A stretch of DNA of 64,000 bases from Octopus bimaculoides (GCF_001194135.2 NC_068983.1:22172363-22236362); one strand, 5' to 3'. Positions 11,831 through 26,389 are shown, counted from the stretch's first letter. Notes: generated by a model from the sequence alone, not told the origin. A program made the numbers and translations.

Positions 11831-13084
11831 CAATTAATTGCAGTCCTTGACGAGTACTCATGCATTCCACACATATTAATCTTCAGACTTATATCTATGT
11901 AAACACCAACATTAGTTTGTCTTTTATTAATCTGTCTTTATCACACTGCTAATTGTGTCAGACTTGATAAACACCTTCTTCCTCATTAATTCTATACAAT
12001 CCTGTTGTTGATTAGCTCTAAGTCATCTCCCATCAAGAAAATCAAGCATCAAAAGTAATTCAACCATAAGAATCTTGCATCCCCGCCACCCCCAGATAAT
12101 ACCGAGACCTAGGTTAACAAAGGCAGAAAATTTATCGTCTTTTTATCCCAGGAAGAGAATATCTAGTACTCCATTATCCAATGTGTCATTTTTTTTTAAA
12201 GATGATAAGGTTTGCATCAATGAAGATTTGACTGCTATTTCTAGCAGACCAAGTGACAACATAAGGGTTCCCTCCACACACTTATGGTAAACAGGTAGGC
12301 TGTCAAAAGCCACATACCTGAAACACTTCGGAAATGTGAGAAGAGGGTGGAGATGGGGGGGGGGATATATAACATGAGAATGATACTGTTGAGAAAGGTG
12401 GTGGTGGTGATGGCGCTACTGTTTCTTAGCTGTGACATACTCAATTGTACTATATGTGCCAACTCCATTTTCAATGAAGATAATGAGGTCACTGACAACA
12501 GCATTAATTGATGCTGCCATTTGTAGTTTGTCAACTTCATTAGGATCATCCTTAACAGCAGCAGCAGCATTTATAGTGGAACAGTTAATTAGTGACAGTA
12601 TATTGTTCTTGTTCAACCCGAGGTCAAGAACTGTTTGATTGGGCCTATGATCAGTGGCATTCCAGCCATGACTCTCTGGTCTGTTTTTTTTTGTTTTTTT
12701 TAAAGAGAATGCATTATCTAACAGGCAACGTGTCCTTCAATCTATTAAGATAAAAGAGTGTAAATTAAAGAAGATTTGGGTACTACAAGATGTAGCAACT
12801 ATACAAAGCACTCTTCTTGACTTGGTGTTGTAGTAGTAGTAGCAGTAGTAACAGTTGTTGACTGGTAATCAACAAGGTTTGCTTTCTCTATTGTCAATAG
12901 TATCAACAACACAGATTACAATGGAAGTGACAAAATGAGGAGGTGGAGAAAGAAGAGGTCGTCTAATTCATTAACCAGCAAGAAAGTCTTCTAATTTGTT
13001 AATTGGCAAAGAGGTTTCTAACCTGTTAATCAGTGTTCAATTGTTTCTGTGATTTCACCTTAAACAACTAAAAACTTCCACACA

Positions 13085-13506
13085 GGCGCAGGAGTGGCTG
13101 TGTGGTAAGTAGCATGCTTATGATCCACATGGTTCCGGGTTCAGTCCCACTGCGTGGCACCTTGGGGCAAGTGTCTTCTACTATAGCCTTCTGCCGACCA
13201 AAGCCTTGTGAGTGGATTTGGTGGACGGAAACTGAAAGAAGCCCTTCATACATGTGTGTGTGTGTGTGTGTGTGTGTGAGTGTGTGTGTGTGTGTGTGTT
13301 TGCCACCCACCCCACCCCCATCGCTTAACAACCGATGCTGGTGTGTTTACGTCCCCGTAACTTAGCGGTTCGGCAAAAGAGACCGACAGAATAAATACTA
13401 GGCTTACAAAGAATAAGTCCTGGGGTTGATTAGCTCGACTAAAAAGGTAAGTGCTCCAGCATGGCCACAGTCAAATGACTGAAAAAAGTAAAAGAGTAGA
13501 AGAGTA
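13085..13506 (+). mobile_element. Family A SINE, full-length and young
   Basis: GGCGCAGGAGTGGCTGTGTGG A box, GGTTCAGTCCC B box, internal (TG)n, AGTAAAAGAGT tail; CpGs largely intact. Confidence 0.9.
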
Positions 13507-14005
13507 TCTAAATATCAATACAACAACCAGTACCAACAGCACACAAAACAGCATCAACACTACCTTAATGTGTGTGCATGCATGCATATATGTGTACTTT
13601 AATATCAAACAGTGAGAATGAGTGCTTAATGCTATATTGGTGGATGAATATTCCTTATTTGTGGGTCAACAAGGCTACCAATGGTTTCATGTAGAGAGGA
13701 ATCTTTCAACAGGTGTAGCTTTTTGTGTAATCTCATCCAAAATGGAGATGAGTACCAATATTCCCATGTCGCAGGCTTGATAATTGTTAAGAGATTCATC
13801 TTTACATGAAACCATTAGTAGTTGCATTAACACATAAATAAAATACACACACACATGCATACATATATGAATGATATATGTGAGAGCAGGGCTGTTAATC
13901 AATATGTCTCCCACAGAAAACAAAGACTGAGTCACTGAAAGCTTTCTGCAAACAAAAGAGCTTTGTTATAATTATAAGCTGTGAGCTATATAGAACACCA
14001 CAGCT

Positions 14006-14225
14006 TTAACCCTTAAGCATTCAAGTGCAATGCTTATTTATTTATTCATGTTGTTTTGAATTAATCATGCATTGTCTTGCAGCATTGAGATTTCAGTGAT
14101 GTGATTGTTTATTTTTAGAATGGCATTGTAAGGTAAGCGTGAAAGGCTGGATCCATTCAGTTTAAATGCAAAATAGGTAGGATATTTTGGGCTGGATATA
14201 GCTGGTTTAAATGCTAAAGGGTGAA
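14006..14225. mobile_element. piggyBac-type MITE
   Basis: TTAA-CCCTTAAGC...GCTAAAGGG-TGAA ends; the same body occurs at 25.9k, 30.0k, 31.0k, 44.1k and 63.3k. Confidence 0.75.
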
Positions 14226-15336
14226 GCCCAGAAATCTCATGTTACTTATATATGTTACAACAATGTGTTTCAGTTTATTTTGGCTGTAAAATCCTACCTG
14301 TTCACATACCTCAGCTTCAGTCATAGCTGCCCATGCTAGGATCAAATGGATTGCTGTTTCCTCCCCTTCCCCACAGATGTGGAACGCTTGTTTCAAGACA
14401 AATGCTTCTTAGCATGAATTATTACTGCATTCTGTTCTATTTTGACCTAGCTGCCATAAACATTGCCTAAAATGTTCATTTCCTTGTAAATGTCTAAATT
14501 TGGTTTCCTATATGAGACAAAAGTGAAAAACAACAGCCTATTAAATGTGGCCATGCTGTAGCACCACCTTGAGAAATTGTAGTTGGAAAAATTGAACCCA
14601 GGATTTATTTTTTTTAAAGCCTAGTACTTATTCTATCAGTCTCTTTTGCTGAACCACTATGTAATTGGAATATGGGCAGCAGGTTGAACAAGTGCACCTG
14701 TACAGTCATTTGTTTATATGTCCTAGTCTTTTTTATGCAAGTATGAGCTACATAAGTATATTATCGAGGCATTGTTTTAAAACTGGATACCCTTCCTGTT
14801 GATAACCCCTATCTGTTTTTTCAAGTGAAGGATATCAAATTCCACACATGCTTGAAGATGCAAAGCCAGTAGATAACCAACTGACAAGGAAATGACAACA
14901 ATGACACCAGCCGTCACAAAGCAATTTGGGGGGAAGCACAAATAATAACAAACACACAGATGCACATGCATCACATATAAACATTACATATCTTACATAA
15001 AATCAAAAATCAGTTCATGGAAAGTGATTTTTGGGGGGAGATGTGGCAGTTAACTTTTGCAGGTTAAGCAATTTCATAAATACTTCTGTATTAAGGGCAA
15101 AGTTAGCGGTGATGAAGGTGGAAGAGTTATGTAAAGAGAAGAGCAAGGAAGAAACAGCTTGATGCGTAGGAGACTAATGAAGAGATGTAAAAGGAGAGCA
15201 GTGAGAAGGGAAGAAGACAGTAAAAAACAACTTTCTTGTATTGGATTTATACACAAACTAAGAAGAACTGTAGAAGTCAAAATGACATCCATCACAGACA
15301 GGAATTTCAGAGCAGAAGAAGCCACACAACAGAGAT

Positions 15337-15373
<37 letters not shown>

Positions 15374-18300
15374 CTACTTTTAGATTAAAAAAAAAGTATT
15401 CCAACTATATGATGAAAATAGGAAAAGCTCTTTGATAAAAACAGGGGAAGCTTTTGAAATGTGTGATAAAAAAAAAGTTAATGTGTGTGTTGTGCATGCA
15501 CCTTTTAAGAGAGAGAGAGAGAGAGACAGTGTGTGTGTGTGTGTGTGTGTGTGTGATAGACAGAAAGTGAATATGTCACCATACTCAAATAGTGAAGTCA
15601 GTCTGTCTTTGTAAGCCATTGCAGTATTTTTCAATATGTGTGTGTGTAAACACACCATTTCAAAAGATGTATACAAGTAATTACAAATGCATACTCCTTT
15701 GAGAGAATGTGCATGTTGCTGGGCACTTGCACATGAATGATGCATGTGTGTATGTACGCAGATATACATTTGGGTGTTTTTAAATATTTTGAATGCATTA
15801 ATCCAAAGCGAAATTATACACACACAGGTATGTGAATGATGCATTTACTGCATGTATGTGCATTTACATTGCACACGTACATACCCTTCATATATACTGA
15901 ATGACTGCTGGGTAGGTAGGAAATTACAAACTGCACCACAAAGCCTGTATATGTGTGTTTGGTGCACAACACGCAATGAGAAATCCCGAAAGTTAACCAA
16001 AAAAATACGTTACACTTGAAGGAGACAAAAATATAATAATGTAGTGAACCACAATATAACAAATAATAAGAAATGAATAGCTACAAATTTTGAATACTAT
16101 AAAATAAAATGATATACATCAATATAAAATACAATATGAAAATAAGAATAAAAAATAACATGCAATAATATAAAATTCAACGTAGAATACAATAAATTGA
16201 AACACAAAGTAGAATACAATAAAACAAAATTGGAATATGGTAAAATAAATAGGATATGAGGAGAGGAAATGAAATAAACAAAGTTGGTGAATATGATTTA
16301 AGAAACAAACAATTCTTTGTTTTCAAATGTTGTATTCTCTTGCATATTGTTATAATGACTTGTGAGTGTGTTTGTGTAAGACAGGAGGGATATTATCTGA
16401 CAAAGCAGAAATGGTAATCTCCAGCAGAGAACAGCAAGAACAAGAATACTGCAAGATAGCTTAAAGAAAATAATTAAAAAGTCAAATTCTTCAGTAAATG
16501 AAAAGTCACTGAATTAAGGTCAAACATCTTTGTTTATATTTATTTCATGTCGCCGTTGAAGAATAACATTGTTAGTTACTGGTTTCCAGCAAACCAACCA
16601 CTGGTTCATTGCATTTCTGATGGTGAGAGTGACAAAAGAGTGTCTGTAATTCACTGCAGAACAAATATCACAAAGAACTGTTGGAACGGCACCAGTTTTT
16701 TAGTATTTTTGGTGATGCCTCCATCCATCCATTCATCCTTCACCAGCAATGTTGCCTCCAATTTTTTTTTATGTGGGTGTGCACAAAGATTTGCTTGTGC
16801 GCAAAATACATCTTTCTTTGCAAAATATGTATGCATCCATGTGAGCAACCATCTTCAATTAAAAGAATTTGGTTTCATCATATAAAAACCTTGTTTGTCT
16901 GTGCCAACTTCTACCTGTGTCTTCTAATTTTTGTGTTTATGTATAATTTGTATAAGGTGTGTGCACAATTGCACAGATTAGAAGGATAATTGTTCACCAA
17001 CATACATTAGTGAAAAATATACATGTACATATAAGTGTGATTATGCGATAAAACACTTGCTTCTCAACCACATGGTTCCAGGTTCAGTCCCACTGCATAG
17101 CACCTTGTACTTTAATCTGCTTTGAGTTCCACTGTTAAAACCAAATTATTTCATGTCACTCAAAGTTTCTAAATTCTTACAACATAAACATACACTCACA
17201 CTTCCACGTATATGAAAGGATTGATGATAATATATTTACAAAGTACTCAACGCATAAAGTATGGTGTGTGTATTTTATTAGAAACTGGAGATTCTTAAAT
17301 CATAACTCTGGGTTTCATGTTGTCAATTTTTTAAACAACTGAAGTAGGGAACCAACCTCAATATTTCAGCAAAAGGCAGTGAGCTGACAGAATCCTTGGC
17401 ATGCCAGGAAATGCGTAATAGTATTTTGTCCCTTTTTTTGTTCTGAGCTCAAATTCCACCAAGGTCAACTTTGCTTTCCATCATTTCAGAGTTGATAAAA
17501 TAAGTACCAATTGAGCATTGAAGCTGACATAATCAACAAAACCTATCCCATGAACTTATTGGCCTTGAGTGAAAATGTGAAACCAATATTTCAGCAAAAT
17601 TATTCACAACAATATGTAGCAAGTCTACACTTTGATTTGAATCTGCGACTTGTTTTTGATTGGGAAATTCTTTGTAAAGCAACAAGAATTTTGGCAGAGT
17701 GAGTAATCACATCAGTAAAATTCTAGCCAATAAAAGCATATGCAAATAACTACCAGATTTGAGTTATGATGTCACCACAGATCTGTCCAATCAGATAGGA
17801 AGAGAAAGGCAGACAGAAGATAGGGAAGAGAACAGCGGACGGGTACAGTCAGGCATTAAATTAAACAATGTTCAAATTCACCTGTTATTTGACAACCAGA
17901 ATAGTCGACATAAAGAGTCAACAACAAAAATGACTGAAACTGCTACTAACTGAAGAATTTTATTACAGCAGAGGACACTTGCATTCATTCACTCATGCAG
18001 CCACACATATCTATAGAACCTGTTCAACCAAGCCTCTCCATGAAAAGAACATTCTGTCATTCCTACACTGGACTGATTATTCCAATACAATCTCTCAAAA
18101 ACATGATGAATTGAAAACAAAAGACTTCTCTCATCCATACATATCTTATTGCAACCCTGGTTTAACATCAAATACAAAGAGATTTGATAGGTTGCCAGAT
18201 GTAAAAAAACTTTGGGAATGAATCACACATTCATCTATTCATGTATAAGAGAACATTTTAGGTTTTGTTTTTTTTCTTTTTTTTATAGCTTTAGTATCAT

Positions 18301-19366
18301 ATGTACAAACTACACATAACAAAGACATCAGCTATTGTGAATGAAAATTTTGTGTTGATGAATAAATTAATGTTGCCCTTTACATTCACTCCCCGTGTCT
18401 CCTCTCACTCATCATCACATCATTCTTTTTTGAAAAAAATTCAAACATACACAAGTACACATCAAGTTTTATGATATATAATGGAATACTACCAACATCA
18501 GTTGGTGTCTATATAATTCCTGCTTGATACATATCCATAGAAAAGATGTAATAAAATTGCTCTTTTACAAAACTTCTCAAGCAAACTGCTTTTAGTATTA
18601 AAGCAGGAATATATAAGAGAACTTATGATAAACATTATTTTGCATGCTTATTTAGCCAGTAATTGAAACAAATAATAAAAGTAATATGTATTTTAATAAT
18701 TAAAATATTAACAAAGTATTCTTTCACTACATATACTATTTTGAATAGAATATTTTTGGGAAGCCCATATAAACAAAAGTATTTCTTATAATGAGAATTA
18801 TCTACCCTTTCTTGCACTTCTATTTCGAAAACAGTTTTACAGGCAGAATCTGTAATAGAATTGTAATAAAATTTGGTTGAGCACTGTAAACTCATGGTTA
18901 GTTCTCAATGAACAGAGCTTATAACATCTCTTATAATTCATGGTTGCAGCCATCTGCATCTCACTAAACGGTCACCAATAGGCCAACAAAGGAACTTAAC
19001 CTGTTAGCAATAGCGGATGAATAGTCTTTCAAATTACAACATACTGTCTCCAAAGAAAAAGGGGATGCTGGTTAATGTGATATTGGATGTACAATATTTG
19101 AAGAAAGAAAAGAGGGGGGGGGGGGCTGTACAGATTTTATGGCTATTTAATCAAGATTGATCTGAGGTTCAACAGCAACTAGTAAGCTATGGTGTTATAG
19201 TACTCAAGCTTGATAAAAAAAATTCACTGGTGTAGGTGTGTGTGTGTCATTCGGTCATTTGTGTTATGTTTATCTATCTATCTTAGGATGAGATGATCAA
19301 ATATATTTACACATTACTGTTTTAAAACAGATGCTGCTAACCCTTACCTATTTTTCAAGAAAGGAG

Positions 19367-19401
<35 letters not shown>

Positions 19402-19878
19402 ATTATTATTATTATTATTATTATTGAGCTCGCGAGCTGGCAGAGCCATTACCATATCTGGCAAAAATGCACAGCGACATTTTGTCTGTCTTCATGCTCT
19501 GAGTTCAAATTTTGTGAAGTCCCCCCTCCCTTCAGCCTTTTGGTTAATAAAAAAAAGTGCCAGCTGAGCACTAGGGTTGATGTACTCAACTTAACCTCTC
19601 TCCTGAACTTGCTGGCATTGTGCTAAAACCTGAGAGCTCTTGTTATTACTAAAACGGTTAGCTGGCAGAACCATTAGCTTGCCAGGTAAAATGCTGCTAA
19701 GCATTTTGTCAGTCTTTGCATTCTGAGTTCAAATCCCATCGAAGTCAACTTTGCCTTTCATTCTTTCAGCATCAATGAAGTAAATACAAGTTGTACACTG
19801 GGGTCAATATAATCAACTAACCCCTTCCCCATGGATTTCAGGTCTTGTACCAATGGTAAAAAGTATCATTATCATTAT

Positions 19879-20240
19879 CATCTCTGCCTTAGTGAAGGCG
19901 GAGATATTGTTTTCAGTCACGTTTGTTTGTTTGTCTGTAGACAAGGTATCTCAAGAACCGCTAGAAGGATTCACATGAAACTTTCAGGGACGTTTGGCCT
20001 CATGACTGGCACAAACTGATTAGATTCTGGGATCGATGAGGTCCCAGACAAGGATTCTGGGTTATTTTTGCTGTTTTTTTATACTTAATTTTTGAGAGCA
20101 GTCCGGTTCATTTTTAGTATTTTCGTTTGTGAGAACAGTCGAGTTTATTTCAGATATTCTCATTTTAAAAATCATCCCTGGCTAATCATTGAGAGGACAT
20201 TGGTCTTGCCTTGGCAGAGGTTTGTGCTCTCTGAGTACAC
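19879..20240 (+). mobile_element. Helentron-associated (HINE/DINE-like) non-autonomous element
   Basis: 5' CTCTGCCTTAGTGAAGGCGGAG inverted repeat, then GTTTGTTTGTTTGTCTGT; 3' CCTTGGCAGAGG subterminal repeat plus short GTGCTCTCTGAGTAC hairpin. Confidence 0.5.
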
Positions 20241-20265
20241 ATTATTATTATTATTATTATTATTG

Positions 20266-20915
20266 TCAATGTGAATACCCGTCAGAGTGTAAGTATCTTG
20301 AGAGAAAAGCTGAACATTAGAAGCATCAGTTGTGGCGTGCAAGAGAGACGATTGCGCTGGTATGGACATGTGGTGAGAATGGAGGAGGATAGCTGCGTGA
20401 AAAAGTGCCACACCCTAACAGTTGAGGGAACCCGTGGAAGAGATAGGCCCAGGAAGACCTGGGCTGAGGTGGTGAGGCAAGACCTTCGTACATTGGGCCT
20501 CACCGAGGCGATGACTACTGACCGAGACCTTTGGAAATGTGCNNNNNNNNNNNNNNNNNNNNNNNNNNNNNNNNNNNNNNNNNNNNNNNNNNNNNNNNNN
20601 NNNNNNNNNNNNNNNNNNNNNNNNNNNNNNNNNNNNNNNNNNNNNNNNNNNNNNNNNNNNNNNNNNNNNNNNNNNNNGCACATAAAAGACACCATTTCGA
20701 GCGTGGCCGTTTTCGTGCGGGTGACACGTAAAAGCACCCACTACACTCTCTGAGTGGTTGGCGTTAGGAAGGGCATCCAGCTGTAGAAACTCTGCCAAAT
20801 CAGACTGGAGCCTGGTGTTGCCATCCGGCTGCACCAGTCCTCAGTCAAATCGTCCAACCCATGCTAGCATGGAAAGCGGACGTTAAACGATGATGATGAT
20901 GATGATGATGATGAT
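20266..20915 (+). mobile_element. 5'-truncated RTE LINE: ORF C-terminus, 3' UTR and (GAT)n tail
   Basis: ORF 20271+ gives RRLRWYGHVVRM...GRDRPRKTWAEVV...DRDLWK; 3' end CATGGAAAGCGGACGTTAAAC(GAT)n; flanked by (ATT)n on both sides; contains an N gap. Confidence 0.9.
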
Positions 20916-21220
20916 TATTATTATTATTATTATTATTATTATTGAGTGAGAGAGCAATGCATGCCATCAAAGTGACACTGAGGAACAAATGTACAAAGTC
21001 TATTATACCCATCATAATTATCTACTTGATAAGGGTACATGCATCACAACTATAGGTGCATGACATGGTGATCTCATATCAAGATAAACAGCACATGGGG
21101 CGCAGGTGGGGCCCACTTAGAATTTTCTTGAGGCCAAGTAACCCACTCCACTCAAAAGGTCCCTGAATAAGGTTTGCTTAAGGATAAACGAATTATTATA
21201 ATTATTGTCATTATTTCTTA

Positions 21221-21410
21221 TTTCTTTATTGCCCACAAGGGGCTAAACATAGAGGGGACAAACAAGGACAGACAAAGGGATTAAGTCGATTAAAGCAACC
21301 CCAGTGCATAACTGGTACTTAATTTATTGACCTCAAAAGGATGAAAGGCAAAGTCGACCTCAGCGGAATTTGAACTCAGAATGTAATGGCAGACGAAATA
21401 CCGCTAAGCA
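21221..21410 (-). mobile_element. Family B SINE, 5'-truncated
   Basis: High similarity to 171-400; flanked by ATT-like repeats. Confidence 0.8.
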
Positions 21411-22540
21411 CCTTTGTCATTATCGTCATTATTATCTGAAAAGAGCTAATGACTGATTTGTTGACAGGGTAAGACAACAAAACAAACTTCACTGTCTGGT
21501 GCTCGTCACTTTTTATTCGGACACACACCCACAGACATTCATACAAACATTCTCAGAAAGTATTTGCTGCTAAGAGTATACTGCTATTATAAAATGAATT
21601 ATGCTGATAATAGAGGCACAACTAATGAGTAACAATAACTGGACTGGTCAAGTGACTAACATGTAAATATCGTTGTAACAAGATTAACCACAAGATAGCA
21701 AAAATATATCAAAAACTGCTTATCGCAACAACAAATAAAACAGATAAGATACCAATAAGAACTACTACTCACAGTAATAGTCCACTCTGACAGCTGACTG
21801 ACTTATTGCTAAAAGCTAACGAAGATAATGTAATGAGTTGAAAAAATGTTTTAATCGCTTGAAATTACATCAGTAATGAAGACAAGGGTCAGCATTAATG
21901 AAAACTTTTCTTGAGAGAGGGAAGGGGAAAAAACTCTGAAATTTACATTAAACATTGATACCATAAGAATTTTAAAACTTTTGAGAGAACGTGAAATAAT
22001 TCTTTTTCTCTCAAAGCATACCTAAAGCTATAAATAATAACATGTAAATATTGGGCAATGTAAATATCGGAATGGTAGTCATGATGGATATATTGGGCTT
22101 CATATATTTGTGTCCGAATGTCACTTTGATGGTATGTGCTGCTCTCCCACTTAATAATAATAATGATAATATTTTCTAATTTCTACAATAGGTGCAAGGC
22201 TTGAAATGTTTGGAAAGGGGGCTACTGGAATGCATTGACCCCAGTGTTCAGCTGGTACTTATTTTATCTAACTCGAAAAGATGAAAGGCAAACTTGAACT
22301 TGGCAGAATTTGAACTCAGAATGTAATGATAATAATAATTTCTTTTTATTCTTTTTACTTGTTTCAGTCATTTTGACTGTGGTCATACTGGAGCACTGCC
22401 TTTTAGTCGAAGAAATCGACGTATTCTTTGTAAGCCTGGTAATTATTCAATCTGTCTCTTTTTGCTAAACCGCTAGGTTACAGGGACATAAACACACCAA
22501 CATTGGTTATGAGGTGGTGGTGGGGTGCAAACAGACACAA

Positions 22541-22599
<59 letters not shown>

Positions 22600-23124
22600 N
22601 NNNNNNNNNNNNNNNNNNNNNNNNNNNNNNNNNNNNNNNNNNNNNNNNNNNNNNNNNNNNNNNNNNNNNNNNNNNNNNNNNNNNNNNNNNNNNNNNNNNN
22701 NNNNNNNNNNNNNNNNNNNNNNNNNNNNNNNNNNNNNNNNNNNNNNNNNNNNNNNNNNNNNNNNNNNNNNNNNNNNNNNNNNNNNNNNNNNNNNNNNNNN
22801 NNNNNNNNNNNNNNNGGGGGGGGGGGTATTAGTTGGTTATATGAACATCAGTGCTCAATACTGGAAGGACAAAAGGCAAAAATTGACCCCAGTAGAATTT
22901 GAACTCTGAATGACAAAATGCCACTAACCATTTTGTCTAGCATGCTAATGATTTGTTATGATATTATAATTCTTGTAATAGACACAGGGCCTCATTCAAA
23001 TTTAATACAGAGGGAAAGGGAGGACTGTCCTCAAATCCAAAACCTATCTCTCAATTTGCTAGAAATAATAGCCAAATCTCTCTTAAATTGCACCTTACTT
23101 GTCAAAAATATGAATGATGTAGTA

Positions 23125-23417
23125 CTTGATTCTCAACCAGGGTCCATATAGGCCTTAGGGGTAGGAGAGGAGGTCCCATATAAGATTTTGTTGCAAAAAT
23201 TTATGTGCAATTAACTGGTTATACATCTGCAATACACAAAATATTTTCACAATTTTTTTTTTTTTTAAATAAAATTCCTAAATTATTTAATTCTAAACAT
23301 ATAATAGGACTTTTTTTTTAAACATTGAATTACTATGAGGGTCCAATTGAGCAAATATAGGTATCAAAAGGGGATCTATAGGTTAAAAAAAAAAAAAAAA
23401 CTGGTTGAGAACTGCTG
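23125..23417. mobile_element. hAT/Charlie-type MITE
   Basis: Termini TTCTCAACCAG...CTGGTTGAGAACTGCTG resemble CAGTGGTTCTCAACC hAT terminal repeats; AT-rich interior. Confidence 0.5.
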
Positions 23418-23979
23418 ATTTAGATGTACAATGCCCAAAAGGACAGGATGATCATGAGACTAGAGAAAAACAAACATGCCCCACCGCAACCAACACCACT
23501 AGCATCACTACAAACAACAACATAACAGACAGCAATAGGATAATTCCAAAAAGCGGCAATAATAAAACTTGTATTTAACCAAATAATCCCATTGATTTTC
23601 TGTGTCGTCATAGCATCCAAACGTCTTTCTTTACCTATAATGACTACTACTACTACAACTACAGCAAATCAACAAAGGAGCCTCTATGTGGTTACTCGAT
23701 TTGCTAGAAATGACAGCCAAATCTGTCCCAAATCACACTGTACTGTGTTTCAAAAAAAAAAAGAAAGAAAAAACAAAAGAAACAGGTCAAATATTTTTGT
23801 GTAACGCTGAATAAATAAAACTGGAATATTCTTTTGATCATAATCCTGCCCAACCATTGCCGGCCTGGGGCTAAATAAGAACATCTAAAATTCAGTCGCA
23901 GAAGGAAAACACACACACACACACACAATCACACAACTCAATACAGCTGACACACGCACACACACCTCAATTTAGCTCA

Positions 23980-24027
<48 letters not shown>

Positions 24028-24443
24028 CACACATCTCAATTTAGCTAACATTCTCTCTTTCTCTCTCTCTCTCTCTTTCTCACTCACTCACTCACACACA
24101 ATATATACTATCTATCACACACACACACACACACAACACTTCAACAGTGTTTGGACTTTTCTAAGCAATTTAGCTTTAGCCTGTTACCATAGAGACTGGG
24201 CTAAATTTAGAATTGGTTTTTCACTGAGACTCCACCTCNNNNNNNNNNNNNNNNNNNNNNNNNNNNNNNNNNNNNNNNNNNNNNNNNNNNNNNNNNNNNN
24301 NNNNNNNNNNNNNNNNNNNNNNNNNNNNNNNNNNNNNNNNNNNNNNNNNNNNNNNNNNNNNNNNNNNNNNNNNNNNNNNNNNNNNNNNNNNNNNNNNNNN
24401 NNNNNNNNNNNNNNNNNNNNNNNNNNNNNNNNNNNNNNNNNNN

Positions 24444-24491
<48 letters not shown>

Positions 24492-25194
24492 GAGTGGAGA
24501 CGTACACTCTTGTAGCATATGTTTTGAGAGTGTGCGTGTGTGTCAGGGAGAGGGAGAGCATTTCTGAGTGAGTGATGGTGATGGAGTGCACTCTTATAGC
24601 ATGTTTTGAGTGTGTGTGTGTGTGTCTGAGAAAGAGAGACAGAGAGAAAGAAAGAGAGCATTTCTGAGTGGGTGAGAGAGCTGATGAATGTAAGTGGTTG
24701 GATGCACTCATTCTCTTGTATCTGCATGCACGTGTGTAAGTGTGTGTGTGTGTGTGTGTGCATGAATTTTTAATATTACACGCATATATTTATGCATATA
24801 CTAGTACTATAAATAATAGATGCTGATAAGTTTAGATGCACCGTGATACATACAACTATACATACATATTTATATATATATAGATATGCAGACAAACATA
24901 TACTTCTGTATATGTGTGTGTATATATACACTTGCACACTTATAATGTGTGTGTGTGTGTGTGTGTATGCGCGTGCGTATATATTCACACCTATAAACAC
25001 ACACACACGTGCATGCATGCATAAACAAAGTTACAAACATATACGTGCATGTGCACACGCACACACATTATTTTGATAATATAATTATTTTAGACAAGGC
25101 CTCGATAGAATTGAACACAGAAAGAGTAAACTGTCCTAGGACCAAAAACCCAGATTGAAAGGCATCACACACCCACAGCAAATATGGGAGACAA

Positions 25195-25236
25195 CTCTAG
25201 ACATGTTGCAGTCTTATTTAGACATCATCAGTAAAG
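25195..25236 (-). ncRNA. Decayed minimal hammerhead-like motif
   Basis: CUUUA CUGAUGA U-GUCU-AAAUA-AGAC-U GCAAC AU GUC UAGAG: stems I-III form, but GAAA is GCAA and stem II closes U.U. Confidence 0.55.
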
Positions 25237-25881
25237 CATAGACCTCACATGCACATATATACATACATACACACACACATATATATATATATATATATGT
25301 CAACAAAGCTAGGAAACAATCACTAAATAAATGTATGATATTTATAAATCGGTACGAGCGAAAACTAATTACTCAGAGACACTATATGCATAGAAAAACA
25401 ACAAAAGATGTGAAAATTAATGCAGTGATATATCACTGAGAATGTCTAGTACTAAAACATGTTTGGATTATCTGCTGGGGCTATTTAAATAACATTAAAT
25501 GATGTCTTTTGAATATATTTGTTCTCATTCTGAATTCTTAACGCATTGACATACACATATATTTTGTATATATATTATGGACTCTCCTATCGTTAGACAA
25601 CATACGAGGGTTCTAAATGTTCATGCTGAACAACTACACAGAAGATTTGTTTTATAGCGACCAAATGTTTGTGTATACGTAAACTCACTCTTTCCCTCAA
25701 ATCAACATAACCTGTACAGGTACACGACACAGACCAACATGATTGCAGACCAACATGAAATGAAGTGTTTTGCTCAAGAACACAACACAACACTCAGTCT
25801 GGGAATCAAAACCACAATCTTGCACATCCTAACCCCTAAGCCATGTACCTTCACACACACATACACACACACACACCTATG

Positions 25882-26389
25882 CCTTTAACATTTAAACCAG
25901 TCATATCCGGCCCAAATATGCTACCTGTTTTATGTCCTCACCAGCCAGATGCAACCTATCACACCTACACTTCAATGTCATTCTAAAAATATACAATCAT
26001 CATCATCATCATTGCTTAACGTCCGCTTTCCATGCTAGCATGGGTTGGACGATTTGACTGAGGGCTGGCGAACCAGAAGGCTGCACCAGGCTCCAATCTG
26101 ATCTGGCAGAGTTTCTATAGGTGGATGCCCTTCCTAAGGCCAACCACTCTGAGAGTGTAGTGGGTGCTTTTACATGCCACTGGCACGAGGGCCAGTCACA
26201 CAGTACTGGCAACGGCCATGCTCAAAAAGGTGTTTTTTATGTGCCACCTGCACAGGAGCCAGTCCAGCGGCACTGGCAACGACCAGATCATCATCAAATT
26301 TTCAAAGCTATGAGATAATGCATGATTAATTAAACATAAGGTAAATGAAAAAGCATTACATTTGACAAAATAATCTGAATGCTAAAGGC
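25882..26389. mobile_element. piggyBac-type MITE interrupted by a minus-strand RTE 3' end (about 26006-26286)
   Basis: MITE halves at 25882-26005 and 26287-26389 join into the consensus seen at 30025-30243; ATCATCATCA lies on both sides of the insert. Confidence 0.8.

Noticed and set aside
12416-12616. Protein-like minus ORF (NAAAAVKDDPNEVDKLQMAAS...)
   Set aside because: No recognisable homology or splice sites, and its upstream frame runs out of a repeat 3' end.
13085-13160. tRNA-like A and B boxes
   Set aside because: Heads of dispersed SINEs, not complete cloverleaf tRNA genes.
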